A stretch of 64,000 bases of DNA from Nitrososphaerota archaeon. GTDB taxonomy: Archaea > Thermoproteota > Nitrososphaeria_A > Caldarchaeales > JAVZCJ01. Each line of letters opens with the position of its first letter. Position 1 is the first letter of the stretch. A model generated the notes under the pieces. That model searched no databases and was not told where the DNA came from. It saw only the letters and a program-made list of their open reading frames with translations. The translations under genes were made by a program, and so were the position numbers. Location of the stretch: positions 70,346-134,345 of the forward strand of contig JAWAZL010000002.1 of the NCBI GenBank assembly GCA_038817485.1. The letters run 5' to 3'. Positions 53,964 to 63,702 of the stretch are shown in pieces.

Positions 53964-54464
53964 TTTTTTCTTTAATTTCCTTTTTCTTTAATATATTAAA
54001 AAATAAAAAAAGCATATATAAATTTTTAGGATTTTAAAAAAGCTTTTTGTTAAGTTTAGTAATGCAATAATATATTTTTCTTTTTATCTTTTTTATTTTA
54101 CTAATAATATTCCTTGCTTAAATTTTTTAAGAATTTTTATAAGCTATTTAGGCTTTTTTTTCTTGTTTTTATTTTTTCATTTTTAATTGTTTTTGAATTT
54201 ATAAAATATTCTTTTATTAAAAGTTAAATTCGATTTTAGATTTTTGATTTATTATATAATTTTCCAATATTTTCACAGCTTAGCTTTATTTTTTTCTTTC
54301 TTTAAGAGAGTATAAACGCCCCCTAAAATCTAAGAATTTAGAAGCGGATTTAAGCTAATTAAAAGGGTTTAAAAGTTAAAGATTTTCATATTTTTCTAGA
54401 AAGCTTTTTATATTAAAAATCGAAATTAAAATTTAAATTTAAGTTTGAATATATTTTTTAGCGT

Positions 54465-54634
54465 CCCCGCGTAACTCAGCTTGGTAGAGTATCCGGCTGT
54501 AGTAGGCGTAGGCAAGATGTGTATATGATACACACAATGAGCCTACGTCAGCCACCAAGCAGTAACCGGAATGTCCCCGGTTCAAAAGAATTCGTACGAA
54601 TTCTGTACGAATTCTGAGAGTCCGGGCGCGGGGA
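54465..54634 (+). tRNA. tRNA-Tyr(GUA) with two introns (about 60 nt at 37/38 and about 34 nt in the T-loop)
   Basis: Acceptor CCCCGCG/CGCGGGG (C1-G72), D arm ACTC-AGCTTGGTA-GAGT, and anticodon stem TCCGG/CCGGA with loop CTGTAG. T stem CCCGG/CCGGG is separated by TTCAAA plus an insert plus T. Confidence 0.8.
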
Positions 54635-55088
54635 TTCGCAAAATTTTTTTATTAAATTAAATATGATATCACTCATAAATAAATTACAAATACATTTAAT
54701 ATAATTGTGCTATCACATATCACCAAAGATGTTACTAATTAGATAATAAAAATTTTATAATTTTTTTCGATTTCATTTTGTCGATTGCTTTTTAAAAGAT
54801 AAAAATTATTGCTAAAGAATTCTTTATAAACTTTATATTAAGAATAAAATAAAATTTGAATAAAATTCAAATGGATATATTACTATTTGGATTGGAGATT
54901 AAATTTATATTTCAATTACTTCTTTACTTGATTTAATTCTTTCTTTTATTTTTGATCAACATCATCAATTGATTTTAAAAGACATCCCAGATTTATAATA
55001 TGATCATCATTTATTTTTAATTCTTCAATCTTCTCCTTAATTAAATTATTGTACCAATCTCTTGGATTTTTTATATTGCTAAAAAAAT

Positions 55089-55571
55089 TTAAAGCAATAA
55101 TGATTCAATTCCTTCTTTAAATCCAATTATACGATGCACTAAGAATATATTTAAACTAAGCCCTTCTAAAATATTATCTGCGGCTTTAAGCAATTTTTTA
55201 AAAGCTTCTTGCGAAAGATTTCTTTTAAAATTATAATGTAATGAATTAAATATTGAAATTTTAAAATCTAATTCTGCACCTGAAAGTCCTACTTTTTCAA
55301 AATCACTCATCTTAATATTATTAATTCCATCTAGAACTTTATCAAATATTTCTTCAATTTCTCTCCATGAATTTTCTATTGAAACACGAAGATCTAAAGG
55401 TAACATTCTCATTTCAATTATTCCTGGTATGATTACTTTTACACCATAATTAAGATCTTCTTCAATTTTATTAAGGAAATCTTTCAATTTTTCATATTCC
55501 TCTTCTTTTGACATGAATTTAATAGTAAAAAATCTACTTATATAATTTGTGTTTTTAAAATAAATTTTCAA
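55089..55571 (-). CDS. Hypothetical protein
   Basis: 160 aa ORF, probably starting at the internal MSKEEEYEKL. No motif recognised. Confidence 0.3.
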   Translation of the reverse strand: MKIYFKNTNYISRFFTIKFMSKEEEYEKLKDFLNKIEEDLNYGVKVIIPGIIEMRMLPLDLRVSIENSWREIEEIFDKVLDGINNIKMSDFEKVGLSGAELDFKISIFNSLHYNFKRNLSQEAFKKLLKAADNILEGLSLNIFLVHRIIGFKEGIESLLL

Positions 55572-55574
55572 ATT

Positions 55575-56162
55575 TTATTTTCCTTTTTTAGAAACAAATT
55601 TATTTCCTTTAATAAAAAATCTAAGTTCTCTCTTTAAATCTTTACTTACACCAATTCTATGAGAAGAACAAATTTCAATTTCTTCTTTCCTTCCTTCTAT
55701 AATTGTAATTGGGCTTTCAATACTTGTAACAAAAATTCCATTTAATTCTTTAGTTATTTTTAAAGCTTTTGTTAATTTTCCTGGTCCATTAGTTAATTCA
55801 AAAATATTTTTTACTTTTCTATTCTTAATCATTTCTTCTATTCCATCAATTGGCTCTATTGCTCTTATTAAAATAGCTCCTGCTTTTCCTTTTTCATGTG
55901 CAACAATATTAAAAAGCCAATTTGCATGAACATTATAAATTAATGCTTTTCCTGGCTCATCATAAAGTAATTTTACAACATATTTTGGCTTTCCAAGATA
56001 TGCTCTAGATGCAGGGTCTTCTTTACCATAATATGCTTCCACTTCAACAATTTTACCAGAAAGTATTTTAGAATTAATTTTTCTAATTAAAATTTTTCCA
56101 AGTAAATCTTTTGCAACTTTTTCTGCCTTTCTTTCATAAAAATCTTTTGAAAGAATTCTCAT
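55575..56162 (-). CDS. 3-methyladenine DNA glycosylase (AAG/MPG family)
   Basis: FYERKAEKVAKDLLGKIL...GKIVEVEAYYGKEDPASRAY...GKALIYNVHANWLFNIV matches the MPG family pattern. Confidence 0.8.
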   Translation of the reverse strand: MRILSKDFYERKAEKVAKDLLGKILIRKINSKILSGKIVEVEAYYGKEDPASRAYLGKPKYVVKLLYDEPGKALIYNVHANWLFNIVAHEKGKAGAILIRAIEPIDGIEEMIKNRKVKNIFELTNGPGKLTKALKITKELNGIFVTSIESPITIIEGRKEEIEICSSHRIGVSKDLKRELRFFIKGNKFVSKKGK

Positions 56163-56243
56163 ATCTTATAAAATTTATATAAAATAAAATTACTTAATAT
56201 TTTTCTTAAAATATTTATTAAGAAGAGATAAATAGGGGAAAGT

Positions 56244-57353
56244 ATGTCTTCGGAAATAAGCAAGAAAAGTATAAAGTATACTTCTCAAAAAATCGAACTT
56301 CAAATATTAAAAAAACTAGAAAACTTAGGAATGGATATTTGTAATGAAATAGATAATAAACATTTTCCTTTAATAGAAATTCCAAGTAGGTCAACATCAA
56401 ATATTGTTTATGATCCAAAAATAAGACAATATGTTTTAGGTGATAAAAAAATACAAAGATCTGCACGTAATATAAGACATTTAAGACCATTTGCTCAATT
56501 TCTTTGGTTAGCTACTTTTGCAAAAGATTTAATTTTAACGGATAAAACATCAACTCTTAGAGATGCATTCTATAATGCTTTAGGCTTTGGAATAGATTTT
56601 AAGGATCAAGCTGAAAGTGATGATACAATAATGGATTTAGAAGCCTTTCTGAATACTCCACGTGAAAATTTTCATATTTTCCCAGAGGAAAGATCATCTG
56701 TTTTTGGGCCATTAGTAGTTGAATTTACTACTAGAGGTTACGAAGGGAGGAGGCTTGATCTAACTTCAATTCCAGATGGTGCAATGATAGGTCCAAGTAT
56801 GGCAAAAGCAGAATTTGTAAAATGTAATGCTAAAATGGTTTTAGTTGTAGAAAAAGGTGCAGTTTATCAGAGATTCTTAGAAGAAAAAGCACATGAAAAA
56901 TTTAAAGCAATATTGGTACATACTGCTGGTCAAGCTCCTAGAGCTACGAGACATTTTATAAGAAGATTAAATCACGAACTTAATCTTCCAATATATATAT
57001 TCACCGATGCAGATGTTTTTGGAATGCACATAGCTTCAGTTCTCATATATGGCTCTGCATTATCAGCACATATAACAGAATTAAATATTCCAGACGCTGT
57101 TTGGGCCGGAGTATATGCAAGTGACATTGAAAGATATAAATTACCTGCAATGAAATTAACAAATATAGATGTTAAACGTTTAAAAGAACTTGAAAGAGAT
57201 CCACGTTATCAAAAAGATCCATGGAAAAAAGAAATAAATGTTTTTTGGAAAATTCAAAAAAAGGCGGAGCTTGAAGCTTTCTCTAGGTATGGATTACCAT
57301 TTATTGTTAATGAATTTTTACCAGAAAGATTAGCTGAAATACAAAAGAAATAA
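56244..57353 (+). CDS. top6A: DNA topoisomerase VI subunit A (Spo11 homolog)
   Basis: Winged-helix 5Y-CAP region plus Toprim (VLVVEKGAVYQRF; YIFTDADVFGMHIA). Confidence 0.9.
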   Translation: MSSEISKKSIKYTSQKIELQILKKLENLGMDICNEIDNKHFPLIEIPSRSTSNIVYDPKIRQYVLGDKKIQRSARNIRHLRPFAQFLWLATFAKDLILTDKTSTLRDAFYNALGFGIDFKDQAESDDTIMDLEAFLNTPRENFHIFPEERSSVFGPLVVEFTTRGYEGRRLDLTSIPDGAMIGPSMAKAEFVKCNAKMVLVVEKGAVYQRFLEEKAHEKFKAILVHTAGQAPRATRHFIRRLNHELNLPIYIFTDADVFGMHIASVLIYGSALSAHITELNIPDAVWAGVYASDIERYKLPAMKLTNIDVKRLKELERDPRYQKDPWKKEINVFWKIQKKAELEAFSRYGLPFIVNEFLPERLAEIQKK

Positions 57354-57401
57354 ATTTCATTTTAAAAATATTTATAATAGTAGTATTTTATTAAAACATT
57401 A

Positions 57402-58601
57402 ATGCAAAACTTAGAAAAATTTTTTAAGGATATTGAAAATTCAATAAAAAAAATTAAAGATTTTAAAGGGAAAGAAGCTTTTATAATACATCATGATGAA
57501 GCAGATGGAATATGCTCCGCAGCAATAGTGAAGAAAACACTTGAAGAGTATGGTTTTTCTATTAAAACTCTATGTTTAGAAAAATTGTTTCCTGAAGTAA
57601 TTGAGAAATTACACTCTAGAAATAACTTTCTATATATTTACACAGATATAGGTTCTGCACATGTAGAAAAAATTTCTAAAATAAATGAAGAAAAAAATTT
57701 AACGATTATTTTAGATCATCATGATACAACATATTGTGATAATCCATCAATCCATAATATAAATCCAGAACTTTATGGATTAAGTGGAGAAAAAGATGCT
57801 TCAGCTTCAACTATTGCTTATTTTTTCTCAAAAAAATTTAATGAAAAAAATAAAAAATTATCATATTTAGCAATAATAGGTTCAGCTGAAATTCCTATGA
57901 TCACTGGCTTAAATAAAGAAGTTATTAAAGATGCTTTAAATGAAAAAATCATAGAAATTTTAAAAACTAAAAAAGAAGAAGATATTAAAATTCTATCATT
58001 AGGTAAACCCTTATCTTATAAAAGATTATCTACGCTTTTATCAATAATAGGTTCAGTTGGATATTATAGAGGAGGACCAGAAAAAGGAATTAAAATATGT
58101 TTAGAGGGAATGGATGAGAAAACAGAAAATGAAATTAAAAAACTTGAAGAAGAAAGAAAGGAAGCTAATAAAAGAATGTTATTAGAATTGTATAAAAAAG
58201 GTTTAGAAAAATTATCTTATATACAATGGTTTCATGCAAAAGATAATTTTAAAGGAATGGGAACAAAAGTTATTGGAAGCTTTTGTTCTTATTTAAGTTT
58301 TCAAAAGAGAATAGTTGATCAAGATAAATACTTAATAGGAATAATGAATATGTCTTCAATAATACCAAATTTTGGAAATCTTGAAAAAAATTATGTAAAA
58401 GTTTCTGCACGTGCACCAAAACAATTATCAATTTTAATAGAAGAAGGAAAAGCTTTACCATTATCAAAAATTCTTCCAGAAGCATGCAGTCTCTATCAAG
58501 GTTTTGGAGATGGGCATAGTGTAGCAGCTTCAGGGGTAATATTAAATGGGAAAGAAAAAGAATTCATAGAAACTTTAAATGAATTAGCTAAAGGAAAATA
58601 A
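57402..58601 (+). CDS. DHH-family phosphoesterase, archaeal RecJ/Cdc45 (GAN)-like
   Basis: DHH motifs are intact: IIHHDEADGICSA, YTDIGS, ILDHHD. Size is 399 aa. Confidence 0.65.
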   Translation: MQNLEKFFKDIENSIKKIKDFKGKEAFIIHHDEADGICSAAIVKKTLEEYGFSIKTLCLEKLFPEVIEKLHSRNNFLYIYTDIGSAHVEKISKINEEKNLTIILDHHDTTYCDNPSIHNINPELYGLSGEKDASASTIAYFFSKKFNEKNKKLSYLAIIGSAEIPMITGLNKEVIKDALNEKIIEILKTKKEEDIKILSLGKPLSYKRLSTLLSIIGSVGYYRGGPEKGIKICLEGMDEKTENEIKKLEEERKEANKRMLLELYKKGLEKLSYIQWFHAKDNFKGMGTKVIGSFCSYLSFQKRIVDQDKYLIGIMNMSSIIPNFGNLEKNYVKVSARAPKQLSILIEEGKALPLSKILPEACSLYQGFGDGHSVAASGVILNGKEKEFIETLNELAKGK

Positions 58602-58704
58602 ATAGTGATTATAGCAATTTTACTTTTTTATAATTTTAAGTAATGATATATATAAAAAAGTTTCATTTTTAAAATTTTTATAATAATGAATAATAAATAA
58701 ATAT

Positions 58705-60990
58705 GTGTTAAGAGGTATATTTTATTTTTGCGATTTTGATGAAAAGAGAAATAAATTAAGAATATTTTTAAAAAATGGAGAAAAAACAATCATTGCTTAT
58801 TCAAAAAATTATAAACCATATTTCTATATATTAAATAAAAAAGCCTCAATAGAAAATATCGAAAAAATATTAAATGAGAAAAAATATAAAGTAATTTCCT
58901 ATTTTGAAAAAGATTATAAAATAATTAATGGAGAAAAAGTTGAAGTATTAAAAATTTTTACAGATAGAATTGAAGATAGAAGAAAAATAGCTAAAGAAAT
59001 AGGTTTTGAAACAACTTATGATAAAATACCTGCTTGGCAACAATTCATTTTAGATAATAATATAACACCATTATCAATCGTTGAAATCGATTCAAATGAA
59101 TTTTCAAACATAAAAGAAGTTGAAATACCACAAGAAATTAATCTTAAAAAATTATACTTTACAACAATAATTTATTCTGAACATGGTTATCCAAAAATAG
59201 GCGAGGATCAAATACTAGTAATTGCATGTTTAACAGATTCTGGAGAAAAAATATTCATAAATCAAAAAAATGATAAAGAAATAATAGAAGATTTTTTCAA
59301 TTTTATTAAAGAATACGATCCAGATATAATAATTGGTTATGGACAAGATATAATTGATTGGCCATATATTATAGCAAGAGCAAAGAAAAATGGAATAAAA
59401 ATAGATATTTCAAAAGACGGTTCAGAAATAATTGAAACAGGGAAATATTTTAGAGGAATGATATTAAAAGAAACATACATTGCAGGAAGAATAAATTTTG
59501 ATTTATTTGCAATTGCTTGGAGAGATTTTCCATATTTACCAACAAAATCATTATTTGAAATTGCTGAAGAATTAGGTATAAAGGATTTAGAAGAAATACC
59601 TGAATATGAAATTGGAAAACTTTGGAAGAGTGAAAATGGAAAAAATAAAATTATAGAATATGCTATAAAAAAAGTTAAATTAATAAAAAAAGTTTCAGAT
59701 GAGTTACTACCATTTCAATTTGAATTAGCAAAATTGGTAAAAGTAATGCCAAACAATGTTATAAGAATGACTATGGGTGAAATAGTTGATAGTTTAATTT
59801 TAGAAAAAGCATGGAAAAAGAACATTCTTTTACCTGAAAGACCTGAGAAAACTATGAAAATAGAAGCAGAAGAGTACATTGGGGGTTATGTTTGGCTAAA
59901 ATCTCCTGGTATATATGAAAATGTAGTATATATCGACGTAGCTTCAATGTATCCTTCTATAATTCACGAATATAATATTAGTTTTGAAACAATTAATTGT
60001 AAATGTTGCGATCCAAATGAAAGTTTATTAAAACTTAATGATATAAAAGCAAATATTTGTAAAAATAAAAAAGGATTAATTTCAGAAACAGTACTTGAAT
60101 TAATTAATGAAAGAAAGAAAATAAAAGAAGAAATGAGTAAATATGAAAAAGACTCTTCTCAATATAAAAGCTTGTATGCAAAACAATTTGTATTAAAAAA
60201 ATGTGCTAATAGTATTTATGGTTACTTAGGATGGATTGGAAGTAGAGTATATAATAAAGAAGCAGCAGAATTAATTACTAAAATTGGAAGATATTTTATT
60301 AATGAAATAAAGGAAATAATAGAGAAAGAAGGTTTTAAAGTAATTTATATAGATACTGATGGTATTCAATTTACTAATGGTAAAATTGAAAAATGCTATG
60401 AATTGATTGAAAAAATTAACAAAAAACTTCCAATAACAATCGAATTGCAATATATAGCTAATAAAGCAGTATTTTTAGCAAAGAAAAAATATGCACATCT
60501 TATAAATGGAAAAATAGAATCTAAAGGGCTTGAATATATTAGAAAAGATTATCCAAAAATAATTAGAGATGCACAAAAAGAATTAATAGAAATCATTTTA
60601 AAAACAAAAAATTTTAATAAAGCTTTAGAGAATGTTAAAAAATATAGGAATAAATTAACTTCTAAAAATATTACAAAAGAAGATTTAGTAATAATAGAAC
60701 AATTAACTAAGAAAATTGAAGAATATGAAAGAGTAACAAAAGGAGTTTCAGCAGCAAAATTCCTTAAAGAAAAAGAAGGGATAGAAATACATAGAGGACA
60801 AAATATAAAAATATTAATAATAAAAGGGAAAGAAGCAATAAATTATAGAGCTAGACCTGTTGAATTTTTTGAATTGGAAGATTGTGATATTGAATATTAT
60901 TTAAACCTTTTTGATCAAACAATAGAAAGAACCTTTGAAAGCTTAGGCAAGAAAATTTCATTAAAACAATCAACTTTACCATTTTCTTAA
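58705..60990 (+). CDS. polB: Family B DNA polymerase
   Basis: Motif A DVASMYPSII, motif B KKCANSIYGYLG, motif C VIYIDTDG. The exonuclease motif positions look degenerate (see findings). Confidence 0.88.
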   Translation: MLRGIFYFCDFDEKRNKLRIFLKNGEKTIIAYSKNYKPYFYILNKKASIENIEKILNEKKYKVISYFEKDYKIINGEKVEVLKIFTDRIEDRRKIAKEIGFETTYDKIPAWQQFILDNNITPLSIVEIDSNEFSNIKEVEIPQEINLKKLYFTTIIYSEHGYPKIGEDQILVIACLTDSGEKIFINQKNDKEIIEDFFNFIKEYDPDIIIGYGQDIIDWPYIIARAKKNGIKIDISKDGSEIIETGKYFRGMILKETYIAGRINFDLFAIAWRDFPYLPTKSLFEIAEELGIKDLEEIPEYEIGKLWKSENGKNKIIEYAIKKVKLIKKVSDELLPFQFELAKLVKVMPNNVIRMTMGEIVDSLILEKAWKKNILLPERPEKTMKIEAEEYIGGYVWLKSPGIYENVVYIDVASMYPSIIHEYNISFETINCKCCDPNESLLKLNDIKANICKNKKGLISETVLELINERKKIKEEMSKYEKDSSQYKSLYAKQFVLKKCANSIYGYLGWIGSRVYNKEAAELITKIGRYFINEIKEIIEKEGFKVIYIDTDGIQFTNGKIEKCYELIEKINKKLPITIELQYIANKAVFLAKKKYAHLINGKIESKGLEYIRKDYPKIIRDAQKELIEIILKTKNFNKALENVKKYRNKLTSKNITKEDLVIIEQLTKKIEEYERVTKGVSAAKFLKEKEGIEIHRGQNIKILIIKGKEAINYRARPVEFFELEDCDIEYYLNLFDQTIERTFESLGKKISLKQSTLPFS

Positions 60991-61427
60991 ATTTCATAAG
61001 AATTTCTAAAAAGTTCCTTTCTTATTAATTAAATCTAAATACCCATATAATATTCTCAAGCCTAAATCTATAGGAAATAAGTTTTTAAACTTCAATTTTT
61101 AATTTACTAAACATCTTTATAGCTTTATCGAATGGAGCATGTATTGTACTTATCATTTTTCAAAACTTTTTTCAATATAATTTTATTTATGCTATTATAA
61201 TTTTTAGTAATTCTTCAATACTACTTAAAAATTCATGATTTAATAATTGATGATTTAGGAGTAATTAAAATGAGTTTAATAATTGCTTTATTTACTCAAT
61301 ATTTTAAACTTTATAATCCTTTATTAAAATTTCATGTATTACAACTTTCATATTAAAAACATTCTTTCTTATTTTTTTAAATAAACTTTTAAATTCTTAA
61401 TACTTTATTTCTATTTGCTTAATTAGG

Positions 61428-62474
61428 GTGCTGCTAGAATTGAGAATCATCCTTATAGGATATGGAAATGTTGGAAAAAATTTTACAAAAATACTTTCAA
61501 TAAAACAAATGGAAATATTTAAAGAACATGGATTAAAACCAAAAATAATAGCAATTGTAGATAAAAGTGGAGCTGCTATAAATTTAGAAGGACTAGATTT
61601 AGAAAGAATGCTAAAAGTTAAAGAAAATTATGGTTCGATAGCATATGATCCAAAATATGGATATAAAGAAAAAACAGCATTGGATGTAATAGAATCTTAT
61701 GAAGCTGAAATAGTTATTGAAACAACTCCTACGAATATTAAAAATGGAGAACCAGGATTAACACATATAAAATCTGCTTTTAAAAATAAGAAACATGTAA
61801 TAACTACAAATAAAGGACCTTTAGCTTTAGCATTACCAGCTTTAATAGAATTAGCTGAATATAATAATGTTTGTTTTAAATTTAGTGGAACTGTTGGAGG
61901 TGGAACACCTATCCTTGAATTGGCTAAAAAATGCTTAAAAGGAGAAAAAGTTATTTCTATTAAAGGGATATTAAATGGTACAACAAATTATATATTAACG
62001 CAAATGCTTGAAGAAAATATTCCTTTTGAAAAAGCATTAGAGACTGCTCAAAAATTGGGTTATGCTGAAGCTGACCCATCGATGGATATAGATGGGATAG
62101 ATGCTGCATGTAAACTTGTTATTATAGCAAATTATATTATGAATAAAAAAATTACTTTAAAAGATGTAAATATTAAAGGTATAAGAGATATCTCTTTAAA
62201 AGAATTATTAGAAGCAAAAAATGAAGGATATAAAATAAAACTTATAGGAAGAATAGATAAAGATTTAAAAGTTTCGCCAATTAAAGTATCTGTAAAAGAT
62301 CCGGTATGCGTAGATGGAACATTGAATGCTGTTACTTTTACAACAGAACATTCAGGAGATATAACAATTATTGGACGTGGTGCAGGTGGCATTGAAACTG
62401 CAAATTCAATAATAAGAGATTTAATAGATATAAAAGAAACTTTATTAATTAAGAGCTCATCTAAAAACCCTTAA
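61428..62474 (+). CDS. hom: Homoserine dehydrogenase
   Basis: LIGYGNVGKNF Rossmann motif, GTVGGGTPIL, ILNGTTNYILT and GYAEADPSMDIDGIDAA. Confidence 0.88.
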   Translation: MLLELRIILIGYGNVGKNFTKILSIKQMEIFKEHGLKPKIIAIVDKSGAAINLEGLDLERMLKVKENYGSIAYDPKYGYKEKTALDVIESYEAEIVIETTPTNIKNGEPGLTHIKSAFKNKKHVITTNKGPLALALPALIELAEYNNVCFKFSGTVGGGTPILELAKKCLKGEKVISIKGILNGTTNYILTQMLEENIPFEKALETAQKLGYAEADPSMDIDGIDAACKLVIIANYIMNKKITLKDVNIKGIRDISLKELLEAKNEGYKIKLIGRIDKDLKVSPIKVSVKDPVCVDGTLNAVTFTTEHSGDITIIGRGAGGIETANSIIRDLIDIKETLLIKSSSKNP

Positions 62475-62845
62475 TAGTATTATTATGGATAATATTATTT
62501 AGTTTATTAATAAAAGTTAAATGTTTTTTAAATATAAAAAATAAAATGAAAATGAGTATATTCAAAAAAATTAAAAGAAAAAATAACTCCTCCTAAAGCA
62601 AATATTTCTATATCTCTTTTTCTTATATCTTCATAAGAACATATTAATAGCATTATTAAAGATAATACTTTTCTTAAATAAAGAAACATAATCATTTTCC
62701 ATATTCTTTGTTTAAAATTAACCAAATTTTATAAGCATTTTTAGAAGGAATATTTGCAATTAAGCTTAATGCTTCTTCACAAGCATTCACTATATTCTTT
62801 ATAGTTTTTAAATTTTTTAAAAGTCTTTCAGCATATTTTTTTAAT

Positions 62846-63334
62846 CTATTTTGGATAAACCTTAAATTTTTTCATCTTTCTCAAGAAAATGGAATATGCT
62901 TTCTCTACTTTTTTTCCTGTTATTCCATAAGAATAACATAAACGGAAAAAATAATCTATAAGTTCTATTTTAGATACTTTTCCTCTTCTTCTTAAAATAA
63001 ATTTATATGCTTCTATTTCTATTGGATTAAGATTTTTCATTATTATTTTCTCTCTTTCTTTTCTATATTCTTCCATTATTTCATACAGCATATAACTTAC
63101 TTTTTTTATTTTAATTTCTTCCATTTCATATGAATTCAATTTATCTATTATTTGATTTATTCTTTCTTCAAAAAATTTTCTAAATCTTCTATCTATAGTA
63201 ATAAATTTAATAAATAATTTTAAATATTCTTTTAAATCATCAACTGTCACTTCAATATAACGTAAAATTTGTCTTTTTAAACAATCTATAAGCAATTCTC
63301 TTTCTTTTTCTGAAATTCTAAATCTATACTCCAT
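62846..63334 (-). CDS. Hypothetical protein
   Basis: 162 aa, highly charged, with a possible winged-helix at the C-terminus. No family recognised. Confidence 0.35.
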   Translation of the reverse strand: MEYRFRISEKERELLIDCLKRQILRYIEVTVDDLKEYLKLFIKFITIDRRFRKFFEERINQIIDKLNSYEMEEIKIKKVSYMLYEIMEEYRKEREKIIMKNLNPIEIEAYKFILRRRGKVSKIELIDYFFRLCYSYGITGKKVEKAYSIFLRKMKKFKVYPK

Positions 63335-63454
63335 TTCCTAAATATAAATACTAATATTTAAGTATTTATAGGTTATGGTACCAATTATGTATTATTCATG
63401 GCACCATATATGGAATATATTTATAATTTAGTTTTTATAATATATAAAAGGAGA

Positions 63455-63702
63455 ACTATAGCAGCTTTTTGCTATAGGGATAGAGGAAATCTTTTAAGGA
63501 TTAATGACTCCAATAGAAATTGGGTTTAGACCAATAGTGGAGAAGCCGTGAGTAAGGGCTTTGGGCTTACTCATGGGGAAAGGTGAAGTGGTAGGGCAGT
63601 TGGCTCTACCCTACCACAAGCCTAACTAAGTAATGACGATAGTGGAGTAGCCAACCCTACTCCACACATTTATACTCCCCCCTTAACTCCCGTCTTTTTT
63701 TT
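63455..63702 (+). ncRNA. Unassigned GC-rich hairpin-dense RNA candidate
   Basis: The TATA-like TTTTTATAATATATAAAA (63433-63449) lies upstream. Perfect or G-U-containing hairpins sit at 63456-63477, 63546-63576, 63588-63617 and 63642-63665. A T8 run is at 63695-63702. There is no ORF. One G-U pair in the 63546-63576 stem favours the plus strand. Confidence 0.4.

Noticed and set aside
62528-62725. A 65 aa ORF whose middle (LLICSYEDIRKRDIEIFALGGVIF) resembles the first catalytic-Asp region of A24 prepilin/preflagellin peptidases.
   Set aside because: Only about 370 nt are available between hom and the next gene, far too short for a 230 aa or larger peptidase. At best it is a truncated remnant, and the similarity is too short to rely on.
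63588-63668. Two hairpins each followed by ACA, considered as an H/ACA guide sRNA.
   Set aside because: The stems are uninterrupted 9 bp helices with 6-12 nt loops. They have no pseudouridylation pocket, upper stem or K-turn.
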